A program made the position numbers and the translations under genes. This document shows positions 9,590 through 18,111 of a DNA stretch of 54,754 nucleotides, piece by piece. The stretch is from contig JBFWOZ010000018.1 in the NCBI GenBank assembly GCA_050250255.1, forward strand, positions 1 through 54,754. Direction: 5' to 3'. The notes beneath the pieces are model-generated. The model saw nothing but the letters and a program-made list of their open reading frames with translations. It did no database searches and had not been told where the DNA came from. Origin of the DNA: Bdellovibrionales bacterium (GTDB lineage: Bacteria; Bdellovibrionota; Bdellovibrionia; Bdellovibrionales; DASUEL01). Every line of letters begins with the position of its first letter. Positions within the stretch are counted from its first letter, which is position 1.

Positions 9590-10270
9590 ATGAAGCTTTT
9601 AGGGTTTGCGATCATTCTCACTCTCGTCTCTTGTACTTTTAAGGAGTACAAGAACGACGCGAACGGAGATATTCGCATCCTCTCGCTTCGTCCATGGTAC
9701 ACAAATATCCAAGCCAACATTATTGGTCCCAAATGCGCGACCTGCCATTTTGGACCAGGTTCTCGTGGTAAAAGTGATTTTACAAATTACGAAAGTGTGA
9801 TGCGTTTTGTGGTGAAGGGCCAGCCAGACGCCAGCCATTTTTATCTTTCTCTGACAGGCGTGCAAGGCAATATGCCTTTAGATAATCCACCTTTAGATCC
9901 TCGCGAAATCCAAATAATAGCGGATTGGATCAAAGCCGGAGCCCCACTGAATGAAGAAAAAAAGGAAGAACCACCTCCGGAAGAAGTGAAGCCGAACTAT
10001 CCATCCATTGTGAAGTTTGTATTACAGCCGGCTTGTTACGATTGTCATTCGGAAGCTACGCCCTCGGGCGATGTGGATCTCACTTCTTACGAAAAGTTGT
10101 TTAATAATATTCTCTATCCTGATCTCATCGTCAAAGGTGATGCGGAAGCAAGTTTGCTCTATAAAGATATCAAATCCAATCGTATGCCATGGCAGCGCAC
10201 TCCTTTATCGGACAAAGAGAAGAAAGCCATCTTTGATTGGATTCAAGCAGGGGCAAAAGAAACAGAATAA
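9590..10270 (+). CDS. Dihaem c-type cytochrome lipoprotein (two planctomycete-type cytochrome c domains)
   Basis: Lipobox LVSC; CATCH...MP...WIKAGA and CYDCH...MP...WIQAGA. Confidence 0.85.
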   Translation: MKLLGFAIILTLVSCTFKEYKNDANGDIRILSLRPWYTNIQANIIGPKCATCHFGPGSRGKSDFTNYESVMRFVVKGQPDASHFYLSLTGVQGNMPLDNPPLDPREIQIIADWIKAGAPLNEEKKEEPPPEEVKPNYPSIVKFVLQPACYDCHSEATPSGDVDLTSYEKLFNNILYPDLIVKGDAEASLLYKDIKSNRMPWQRTPLSDKEKKAIFDWIQAGAKETE

Positions 10271-10283
10271 TTAGGAGATTTTT

Positions 10284-10895
10284 ATGGGGTCTAAGTTTTT
10301 TCAACTCTGTCGCTCGTTCCTATTTCTCTTTTTAGTATTTTCAATCTCTGCTGTTTTTGCGGCGGCACCAGCAACAAAAACCTATAAGGCGGAAAAGCCC
10401 GGTGAGGTAAAGTTTTTAGCTGTGGGCCGACCAAGTGCTTTGAAAATTAAAGGTGAGGGAGCTGCACCCACCGGGGAATTTAAGGAAACGGCAGGTAAAG
10501 TGTTCGGGTCTGTGGACTTTGATCTCCACAGTCTTAAAACTGGAATCAACATGCGCGACGAGCATATGAAAAATAAATATTTGGAAGTCGACAAGCATAA
10601 TGGTTTAGCCAACTTAAAACTCGAAAATTTAGAATTACCTGGGGATATTGTTTCGGGATCCCAGAGTTCTAAAGAGGGACTTCCATTTAAAGGAAAACTT
10701 TCTCTTCATGGCGAGACAAAAGATGTTCAAGGTACCTACAACTTAACAAAGACGGCCACTGGTTATGATGTGTTGGCAAAATTTAATTTAAAATTAAGCG
10801 ATTATAAAATTAATATCCCAAGCTACGCAGGTATTACCGTTGCGGAAGATATTAATGTGGAAATTAAAACCACAGCCGTACAGGCAAAATTGTAA
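10284..10895 (+). CDS. YceI family lipid/polyisoprenoid-binding protein
   Basis: Signal peptide; SLKTGINMRDEHM, GKLSLHGETK and LSDYKI motifs. Confidence 0.9.
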   Translation: MGSKFFQLCRSFLFLFLVFSISAVFAAAPATKTYKAEKPGEVKFLAVGRPSALKIKGEGAAPTGEFKETAGKVFGSVDFDLHSLKTGINMRDEHMKNKYLEVDKHNGLANLKLENLELPGDIVSGSQSSKEGLPFKGKLSLHGETKDVQGTYNLTKTATGYDVLAKFNLKLSDYKINIPSYAGITVAEDINVEIKTTAVQAKL

Positions 10896-10919
10896 CTCTT
10901 GATCTGACAGGATTTCTTC

Positions 10920-12032
10920 ATGTTAGGACAGCTTTTGTTTTTTCTCTGTTTGATTTTTTTAACAAACCTTTCGAAGGCCTTCGCTTTTCCTGAAATGGTC
11001 CGTCACGGATATGTGAACTGTACGACATGTCATGTGAGTCCATCGGGTGGCGGAGCCATGACTCCTTACGGGCGTTCGCTCTCTAAGGAAATTTTAAGTA
11101 CTTGGTCCTACGAAGGTGAAGAAAATGTTCTTCATGGAGCAGTGACAACTCCTGAGTGGCTAATGCTTGGCGGAGATATTCGTTACGTTCAAACTTATTT
11201 AGAAACGCCCGTGATCAAGCAGGGCGATTTTTTTATGATGAACGCCGACGCGGAAGTTGCGGTGCAAGTGGGGCAGTGGGTTGCGAGCGTGACCGCGGGA
11301 GTGGAAGGTGGACCAGCCACGGTTTCTCAGCGCGGCCAATTTATTTCGCGAAGACATTATCTCAACTACCGGCCAACGGATGAAATCTCTGTACGAGCGG
11401 GAAAATTTTTAGCTCAATATGGAGTCAATCAACCAAATCACACGATCGTGACCGAACGTGGATTACAATTTGATCAGGGAAGTGAAACCTATAATTTAGA
11501 ACTCGCCTATATGGGTGAAAACTACGATAGCTTTTTAACTGTGATCACGGGCCGACCAGATGACCCTCGTTTTGATCCAGAAAAAGGTATGTCATGGACG
11601 GTTTCTAAAAACTTTTTAGAAAGAATGAAAGTTGGTTTGAGCTATTACCGTGGCGAAAGCAATCAAGCCCGGAGAATGTTAGTCGGGCCCTACGCCGTCT
11701 TAGGAATTACCAAGGATCTCTTTCTGTTGTCGGAAATGGATTATCAGGTGAAGGATTTTAAAAGTTCTGTCACTGCGCAGACAAAAGGTCTCGTCTCTTA
11801 CCACCGACTCAATTACGAATTTCATCAGGGAATGATTGGCTATCTTGTCCATCAACTTTCGTATTTGAATTTTGATGTTGGTCGTTCAAGAAATGATTCT
11901 ATGGGCGTCGGGATTCAATTTTTTCCACGACCCCACTTTGAATTTCAGGTGGAGTATTACAAACAAAGAACTCTGCAGGCGTTTGATCGATATTACGATG
12001 TTGGGTATGCGATCTTACACTATTATCTATAG
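10920..12032 (+). CDS. Outer-membrane beta-barrel with an N-terminal monohaem c domain (cytochrome-porin fusion)
   Basis: Signal peptide ending AFA; FPEMVRHGYVNCTTCH...TPYGR; amphipathic beta-strands; aromatic C-terminus YAILHYYL. Confidence 0.7.
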   Translation: MLGQLLFFLCLIFLTNLSKAFAFPEMVRHGYVNCTTCHVSPSGGGAMTPYGRSLSKEILSTWSYEGEENVLHGAVTTPEWLMLGGDIRYVQTYLETPVIKQGDFFMMNADAEVAVQVGQWVASVTAGVEGGPATVSQRGQFISRRHYLNYRPTDEISVRAGKFLAQYGVNQPNHTIVTERGLQFDQGSETYNLELAYMGENYDSFLTVITGRPDDPRFDPEKGMSWTVSKNFLERMKVGLSYYRGESNQARRMLVGPYAVLGITKDLFLLSEMDYQVKDFKSSVTAQTKGLVSYHRLNYEFHQGMIGYLVHQLSYLNFDVGRSRNDSMGVGIQFFPRPHFEFQVEYYKQRTLQAFDRYYDVGYAILHYYL

Positions 12033-12500
12033 CGGTCGACCGACCCAGCCCCAAACATTTGGGTGAACGACACAACCGACTTGCTCGCCTGGTTTTACTT
12101 CATAAGTCATGCACCCAAAGGATGTGCAACCGATCTGTTGATCAGGCCTCACTTCAACGGGGTTACATCCGGTAAAGTTACAGGCAAGTTCATGAGATTC
12201 TGGTACGATTTGAACGACACAGCCGACCTGATTACAACCAAGTCTTTCATTCGTATTTACGACATAAGCGTTACATCCAAAATTATTGCAGCCAATTTGC
12301 TCATTCGTATTCACGGTTCTGACATTGCAGCCTGTTTGATTACAAGCCAGGGCCTCACCTTTTTGAACAGCCACAAAACGGCAACCAAAAGGTGTGCATC
12401 CTAAAAGGTGATTTTGAGGAACTTGGTAAACGCGACAAGTTTCAGCGGCGTTGAGATTCCAGCCGAGAATCAAAATTGTAATAAAAGTTGCGAGACGCAT
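12027..12500 (-). CDS. Secreted Cys-rich protein with 18-aa tandem repeats
   Basis: GGGGG RBS before ATG 12500; signal peptide; six full and one partial repeat of xxxxVxxx(E/H)x(L/I)(G/A)CxxxGC. Confidence 0.8.
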   Translation of the reverse strand: MRLATFITILILGWNLNAAETCRVYQVPQNHLLGCTPFGCRFVAVQKGEALACNQTGCNVRTVNTNEQIGCNNFGCNAYVVNTNERLGCNQVGCVVQIVPESHELACNFTGCNPVEVRPDQQIGCTSFGCMTYEVKPGEQVGCVVHPNVWGWVGRPL

Positions 12501-12637
12501 ACGAACCCCCATGTTCGTCACTCTGTTACATAAAAATTCTGCAGCGAGCAAAGCTGATCGCGTCAATATGACGTTTAGCATCATAAAAGATGACAAAAAC
12601 AAAGAGGGTCGTTATAAACAATAGTTCTGAGGACATT

Positions 12638-13537
12638 TTGCAAAGTTCAAAACATATCAAAGACATACTGAGCTCAAAGAAACTCAATCTGAGTTTTGAA
12701 TTCTTTCCTCCTAAAGATCAAAAAGCTTCTGAACAGCTATATGAAACCATTCAGGCCATAACGCCTTTAAAGCCCGCTTATGTAAGCGTGACTTATGGAG
12801 CTGGTGGATCAACCCGCCAGCTCACCCATGATCTTGTCGTCAAGTTACAGAAGGAAACGGGCATCAACATCATTTCTCATCTCACTTGTGTAGGAACGAC
12901 TCGAGAAGAAATCTCAGATGTACTCACGCGCTATCAGGCAAACGGCATACGAAACATTATGGCATTACGCGGAGATCCTCCGATAGGGCAGACACAATTC
13001 CAACCGACTCAAGGCGGATTTCTCTACGCGTCCGAGCTCGTCGGTTTTATTAAAAAACACTTTCCAGAAATGGGTGTGGGAGTTGCGGGATTTCCGGAGG
13101 GTCATCCCGAGTGTTCCAATCGCCTAAAAGAAATTGAATTCTTAAAAAAGAAAGTCGATCAAGGTGCCGACTACATTTGCACACAATTCTTTTTCGACAA
13201 TCGTGACTTCTATGATTTCCAAGAGCGATGTGTGATTGCTGGTATCAACATTCCGATCATCGCGGGCATCATGCCGATCACTTCTCGAAAAAGCATTCAT
13301 CGCATGGCGGAGCTCGCGCTAGGTTCGAGGTTTCCGGCCCGCTTATTAAAAGCCTTAGCGCGAGCTGCGGATGATGATTATGCAGAAAAAGTGGGGGTTC
13401 ATTGGGCCACGGAACAAGTGCGTGATCTTATCGATCATCAAGTGGCGGGAATTCATTTTTATACTTTGAATAAATCTAAAGCGACTTTGAAAATCTACGA
13501 CTCTTTAGGAGTCGCTCATTCTGATCAATTAATTTAA
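12638..13537 (+). CDS. metF: 5,10-methylenetetrahydrofolate reductase
   Basis: SFEFFPPK, SVTYGAGGS, HLTC, ALRGD, FPEGHPE, TQFFFD, HFYTLN. Probable TTG start at 12638 after GAGGA (ORF track starts at 12590). Confidence 0.95.
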   Translation: MQSSKHIKDILSSKKLNLSFEFFPPKDQKASEQLYETIQAITPLKPAYVSVTYGAGGSTRQLTHDLVVKLQKETGINIISHLTCVGTTREEISDVLTRYQANGIRNIMALRGDPPIGQTQFQPTQGGFLYASELVGFIKKHFPEMGVGVAGFPEGHPECSNRLKEIEFLKKKVDQGADYICTQFFFDNRDFYDFQERCVIAGINIPIIAGIMPITSRKSIHRMAELALGSRFPARLLKALARAADDDYAEKVGVHWATEQVRDLIDHQVAGIHFYTLNKSKATLKIYDSLGVAHSDQLI

Positions 13538-13540
13538 TTT

Positions 13541-15277
13541 TTATTTAAAGTCCGTATTGAAAACGCGATTGCACATAAGCTTCGCGCCATTTTGTGCAGC
13601 AATTACGGGCTTAATTGCAGTGTCGAGTTTAGGCTGAACAAAAGTTTTGTGATAGGCCGACATGTATTGGCCAAGTTCAGTATTTCCAAAGATTTTTTTG
13701 AGCCCTCTCATGTACCAAGAATTCTCAAAGTCTTTGCGCATTTGAGCTGCATCAGGGTCGTGATATCTTTCGGCCGCAAGGACGGCTCTCCAGCGTGCGA
13801 CAGAAGCCGAAGCGAGCATCACAATCTTCCAAACGCTGATGAATCCTAAGTAAGGAACTTCAATGGTTGTGACATTTAAAAAATCGATCATTCCGATGAG
13901 CCAAGCGATATTGTAGCGGACTTGTTTTTCGAGCAGATCCATCTGAAAACGTTTGCTGGCTTCTGCTGGAGTTTCATTCTCGGGCCCCTTGAAAAGGGGC
14001 CGTTTATTTAGACGCACACTTGGCTTTGCACGGATGTGAGCCGGTTGTTCCCACCAGTAACTCGCATAGTTGCCGATAATGATATTACCGGTAAGCTGGG
14101 CAAAGCTGACAAGGCTCTCAATGGAAACATCGAGAGTTCCCGCATTACCGGCCATGAAGATAAGACTGGTACGATGAGCGTAGCTGAGAGTGCTACGACG
14201 GATTTGTTGAGAGGTAACTGTTTGATAGACAGAACGGAGTGCGTTTGAGCTTTTTTCTTTTACTCGTTGGATTAAGGGCAACTCATTTTTGAGTTCTGTT
14301 AGATTACCCTCCACCTTTTCAGTGGAGTAATTAATCATGTTGGGGCTACCCTTGTTTCGCCAATTATCAAAAGTAGGTTTTATAAGAGTGGTGACGAGTC
14401 CAAAACCAAAGGCCACTGCCATCATGTCAGTTGTGATCTCACGTCGACCTTCAAGGATCGATTGGCTGAGAAGCTGATTTTCAGAAAGGTAATCGCCTAA
14501 TTTTTTAATTTCAAAAAGAGCGCCGGCTTGAAAGCTTCCAAGTAGGAAACCCAAAACTAAATCGTAGGGATTATTTTTCGCGCGAATGGAACGAAAATAT
14601 TCGAGAAGGTGTTGGCGCGTAAAACGTTCGGGTTTTTCTGAGAGCTGGCACTCGACGCTTTGGCAAACGCGATTGATGCGCCAAATGGCCATGTCACGGC
14701 CTTTGTAGAGACCAGGCGCTGGGGAGTTGGTCGCAAGATGTTGACGAGCCATCACGGTTTTCATGTGACGGGTATCGAGCTTGGTTTCAGGATTATCAAT
14801 CATGAAAATGGCTGTTGAGGAAAGGTCATGAATGATTCGCACAAAGGTTTGGTTGTCGATCACATAGAACTCGGCTCGGCCTACGTTTGATTTTTGAATA
14901 GCTCTCTTGATGGGTTTATCTTCGCTGTCGCGTCCACCTTTGGAAAGAATGGTGACGAGTCCTTGTTCGCCATATTGTTTTTCAAGACGCACTTGAAGCT
15001 CTAGCATTTCATAATAAAGACCGAGCACCTCTTCTGAAATTTGTTGTTGGATATCCGGCGGAAGATCGCCCATCGCTTGCGCAAAACTTTTATAGAAGTT
15101 TTGTTCTGTGGGAGGGGTGAGGGCAACGGGTCTTTGTGGAGCGGAAATTTCTTGAGAATCAGTATTAGAAAAAACGGGAGAGGGACCAATGCCGATAAGA
15201 ACGGCAAGTAGAAGACTTAGAAAAGAAGAGCTAACAGTTTTCAGAACGGCCCTCGTTTTTATATGAACAAGGACCAC
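13541..15277 (-). CDS. Hypothetical exported/membrane protein
   Basis: 578-aa ORF with an N-terminal hydrophobic leader and several internal hydrophobic segments; no recognised domain; start uncertain. Confidence 0.6.
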   Translation of the reverse strand: MVLVHIKTRAVLKTVSSSFLSLLLAVLIGIGPSPVFSNTDSQEISAPQRPVALTPPTEQNFYKSFAQAMGDLPPDIQQQISEEVLGLYYEMLELQVRLEKQYGEQGLVTILSKGGRDSEDKPIKRAIQKSNVGRAEFYVIDNQTFVRIIHDLSSTAIFMIDNPETKLDTRHMKTVMARQHLATNSPAPGLYKGRDMAIWRINRVCQSVECQLSEKPERFTRQHLLEYFRSIRAKNNPYDLVLGFLLGSFQAGALFEIKKLGDYLSENQLLSQSILEGRREITTDMMAVAFGFGLVTTLIKPTFDNWRNKGSPNMINYSTEKVEGNLTELKNELPLIQRVKEKSSNALRSVYQTVTSQQIRRSTLSYAHRTSLIFMAGNAGTLDVSIESLVSFAQLTGNIIIGNYASYWWEQPAHIRAKPSVRLNKRPLFKGPENETPAEASKRFQMDLLEKQVRYNIAWLIGMIDFLNVTTIEVPYLGFISVWKIVMLASASVARWRAVLAAERYHDPDAAQMRKDFENSWYMRGLKKIFGNTELGQYMSAYHKTFVQPKLDTAIKPVIAAQNGAKLMCNRVFNTDFK

Positions 15278-15305
15278 CTTAAAGGGGCGCTAAAAAGATC
15301 GCAAA

Positions 15306-16259
15306 TTAAGAGGCAGGCTTTGCATTTTTTTCAGTTCGCCGCTTCTTTAAGACGGACATAAGAATCGAGACCAAAATGATGTTGGCCATAATAATCAAAG
15401 TCACGTGAACGGGAATTTTATAAACGTCCATGAGAAGCATTTTAACGCCGACATAGACTAAGATCACAGCAACGCCATAGCTGAGGTATTCGAAGAGGTT
15501 CATAACTCCTGCAAGAACAAAAAACATCGAGCGCAATCCTAAAATGGCAAAGATGTTGGAGGTGAACACAATAAAAGGATCTCTCGTGATTGCAATCACC
15601 GCGGGAATAGAGTCCATCGCGAATACGACGTCCGTGGTTTCGACCGCTACAAGTACAAGAAGAAGAGGGGTCCCCATGCGCTTACCGTTTTTAACAGTTA
15701 GAAAGTTCCCCCCATCGTACTGGTCTGAAATAGGCAGAACTTTTTTTAAGAGGCGAATGATGATGTTCTTTTCCGGCTGATGTTCTTCGTCGGCCTTCTT
15801 GCGAAGCATTTTTAAACCCATAAGGACGAGCATCCCGCCAAGAAGGTAGAGCACCCATTCAAAATGATGAATGAGCTTAATGCCTGTTGCGATGAAAACA
15901 GCACGCATGACGACAGCACCAATAATTCCCCAGAAGAGGATCTTGTGCTGATACTTGTCTGGAACTTTAAAGTAGCTAAAGAGCATGATGAAAACAAAAA
16001 GGTTATCGATACTGAGGGACTGTTCGATGAGATAACCGGCGAGAAATTCCACCGCGCTTTGGGAGCCCAAGAAATAATAAATTGCTCCATTAAAACCGAG
16101 AGCAAGAGCGACCCAAATGGAAGTCCAAGTTGCAGCTTCTTTAAAGGCCATTTTATGTGACTTACGATTCAAAACTCCAAGGTCAATTGCAAGAGCTACA
16201 ACAACAATAACAGTAAAGAGAATCCAAAGAATTTGTGAGGGAGAGTAGTTTTCTAGCAT
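15306..16259 (-). CDS. TerC/Alx family metal-homeostasis membrane protein
   Basis: YLIEQSLSIDNLFVF, LFWGIIGAVVMR, ETTDVVFAMDSIPAV, FTSNIFAILGLRS. Confidence 0.95.
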   Translation of the reverse strand: MLENYSPSQILWILFTVIVVVALAIDLGVLNRKSHKMAFKEAATWTSIWVALALGFNGAIYYFLGSQSAVEFLAGYLIEQSLSIDNLFVFIMLFSYFKVPDKYQHKILFWGIIGAVVMRAVFIATGIKLIHHFEWVLYLLGGMLVLMGLKMLRKKADEEHQPEKNIIIRLLKKVLPISDQYDGGNFLTVKNGKRMGTPLLLVLVAVETTDVVFAMDSIPAVIAITRDPFIVFTSNIFAILGLRSMFFVLAGVMNLFEYLSYGVAVILVYVGVKMLLMDVYKIPVHVTLIIMANIILVSILMSVLKKRRTEKNAKPAS

Positions 16260-16271
16260 GAACTTCCTTTA

Positions 16272-17279
16272 TTACTTTTGTTTCACGGCTTGAAAGATAG
16301 TTCCAAAAACATTCTGACCCTTTTTGTCTATCATTTCGAATTTAATGGTATCGCCATTTTTCATGAAGGGTGTTGTGATTTTTCCTTCGTTGATTTGTTC
16401 GAGCATTCGTTTTTCCGCTAAGCAGCTGCTTCCACGCTTTATATCTTCATTGGAGACGGTTCCGCTACCGATGATAGAGCCGGGGCCAAGATCGCGAGTT
16501 TTAGCAACGTGGGCGATGAGTTCTCCAAAATGAAAGTGCATTTCACCTGCATCAGGATCACCAAACCACTGGCCGTTGTATTCAGAGTGTAGGGGCAAAT
16601 GTAAACGACCATTTTTCCAAGCGTCACCCAGTTCGTCAGGCGTCACCGCAAAAGGAGCGAAGGCGGAAGAGGGTTTTGATTGAAGGAATCCGAATCCTTT
16701 GGCGAGCTCAGCCGGGATGAGACCACGAAGAGACACGTCGTTGGCGATCATAACTAGAACGATATGTTTCAAAGCTTGTTCGGGCGTGGTGCCCATGGGG
16801 ACGTAGTCGGTGACAACACAAACTTCACCTTCGAAATCGACGCCGTGAGAAAAGTCCACCATTGGGATGTCTTCATATGGAGCAAGAAAAGAATCACTAC
16901 CACCTTGATACATGAGGGGATTTGTTAACAGATCTTCTGGCGGAGCCGCATTTCGCGCTTTACGCACTAATTTTACGTGTTGAATAAAAGCCGATCCGTC
17001 AACCCATTGAAAGGAACGCGGGAAAGGCGAGTGAAATTGCTTTTCGTCTACCGAAATAGTTCCCGCCGGTCGTCCTTCGTTGAGTTCTCGGTATAACTTT
17101 TCAAGATCTGGTTTGAGAGCTGCCCAATTTTCTACGGCTTCGCGCACGCTAGGTACGATATTGTAAATGCCGAGAGCTTTGGTGTTATCTCGGCTCACAA
17201 GGACAGGATCACCATCCAAATTGACGCGAGAGTTTTTATTAGAGGCAATGACGGGTGGTTTCAGTGAGCCAAGTTTCAT
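16272..17279 (-). CDS. Fumarylacetoacetate hydrolase family protein
   Basis: MYQGGSD, DFEGE, NDVSLR, GFLQSKP, IGSGTVSN; divergent from maiA. ATG 17279 preferred. Confidence 0.9.
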   Translation of the reverse strand: MKLGSLKPPVIASNKNSRVNLDGDPVLVSRDNTKALGIYNIVPSVREAVENWAALKPDLEKLYRELNEGRPAGTISVDEKQFHSPFPRSFQWVDGSAFIQHVKLVRKARNAAPPEDLLTNPLMYQGGSDSFLAPYEDIPMVDFSHGVDFEGEVCVVTDYVPMGTTPEQALKHIVLVMIANDVSLRGLIPAELAKGFGFLQSKPSSAFAPFAVTPDELGDAWKNGRLHLPLHSEYNGQWFGDPDAGEMHFHFGELIAHVAKTRDLGPGSIIGSGTVSNEDIKRGSSCLAEKRMLEQINEGKITTPFMKNGDTIKFEMIDKKGQNVFGTIFQAVKQK

Positions 17280-17373
17280 AGGACCAATAAAATAGCATAT
17301 TTGGGCCTGAAGCAAGCGGTTACATGTCACGTTTAAATTGATCTCGCTCCCGAGTGCCGGTTACTCTTGGGTT

Positions 17374-18024
17374 ATGAAACCATCTCTCGCACTTTATTCT
17401 TTTTTTAATAGCTCTGCCGCCTACCGAGTTCGAATCGGCCTACATTACAAAAAATTAACCTTTGATTATAAGGCTGTTCACTTAACGAAAGACGGCGGTG
17501 AGCAATATAAGTCGGAACTTTTGGCAGTGAATCCCATGGGGGAAGTGCCTACACTTGTCCATAACGGTAAAGTTTTAAGCCAGTCGATGGCGATTTTGCT
17601 CTATCTTGATGAGCAATTCCCTGATCCAACACTTTTTACTCAAGACAGTTTTCAAAAAGCACAAATCGTTCAATTCTGTGAAGCTATTAATTCGGGGATT
17701 CATCCCATTCAGAACTTAAAAGTACGAGTGGAACTCGAAAAACGTTACCAAGTTTCTGTTGAAGAACGTGAGAGATGGTGCGCCTACTGGATCGAGCGCG
17801 GATTCCATTCTATCGAAAAAATGCTTCAGTCGACGGCAGGGGCATACTGCTTTGATGATCAAATCACCGCTGCGGATTTATTTTTGATTCCTCAAGTGTA
17901 CAATGCTCGACGCTATAAAATGGATCTTACAGCTTACCCAACAATTGTACGCATCGAAGAACATTGCTTGAAACAAGAAGCTTTCAAACTTGCACATCCT
18001 AGTGCCCAGCCAGACTTTTCTTAA
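17374..18024 (+). CDS. maiA: Maleylacetoacetate isomerase (GST zeta class)
   Basis: SSAAYRVRIGL, NPMGEVPTL, QSMAI, SGIHPIQNL, LIPQVYNARR, AHPSAQPD. Confidence 0.92.
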   Translation: MKPSLALYSFFNSSAAYRVRIGLHYKKLTFDYKAVHLTKDGGEQYKSELLAVNPMGEVPTLVHNGKVLSQSMAILLYLDEQFPDPTLFTQDSFQKAQIVQFCEAINSGIHPIQNLKVRVELEKRYQVSVEERERWCAYWIERGFHSIEKMLQSTAGAYCFDDQITAADLFLIPQVYNARRYKMDLTAYPTIVRIEEHCLKQEAFKLAHPSAQPDFS

Positions 18025-18111
18025 AAGGTGCCAGGTTCCGTTTCCGGGTCACACTGCGTCCACTTTGTGAAGCGGCGTGACCCGGAAACGGAACCTGGCA
18101 CCTTTTAAGAA
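18018..18111. repeat. Perfect 35-bp inverted repeat (REP/REPIN-like hairpin, possible bidirectional terminator)
   Basis: Arms 18018-18052 and 18077-18111 are exact reverse complements around a 24-nt spacer; lies between the convergent maiA and gcvP. Confidence 0.9.

Noticed and set aside
12501..12637. Possible SAM riboswitch upstream of metF
   Set aside because: No recognisable SAM-I or SAM-II core sequence.
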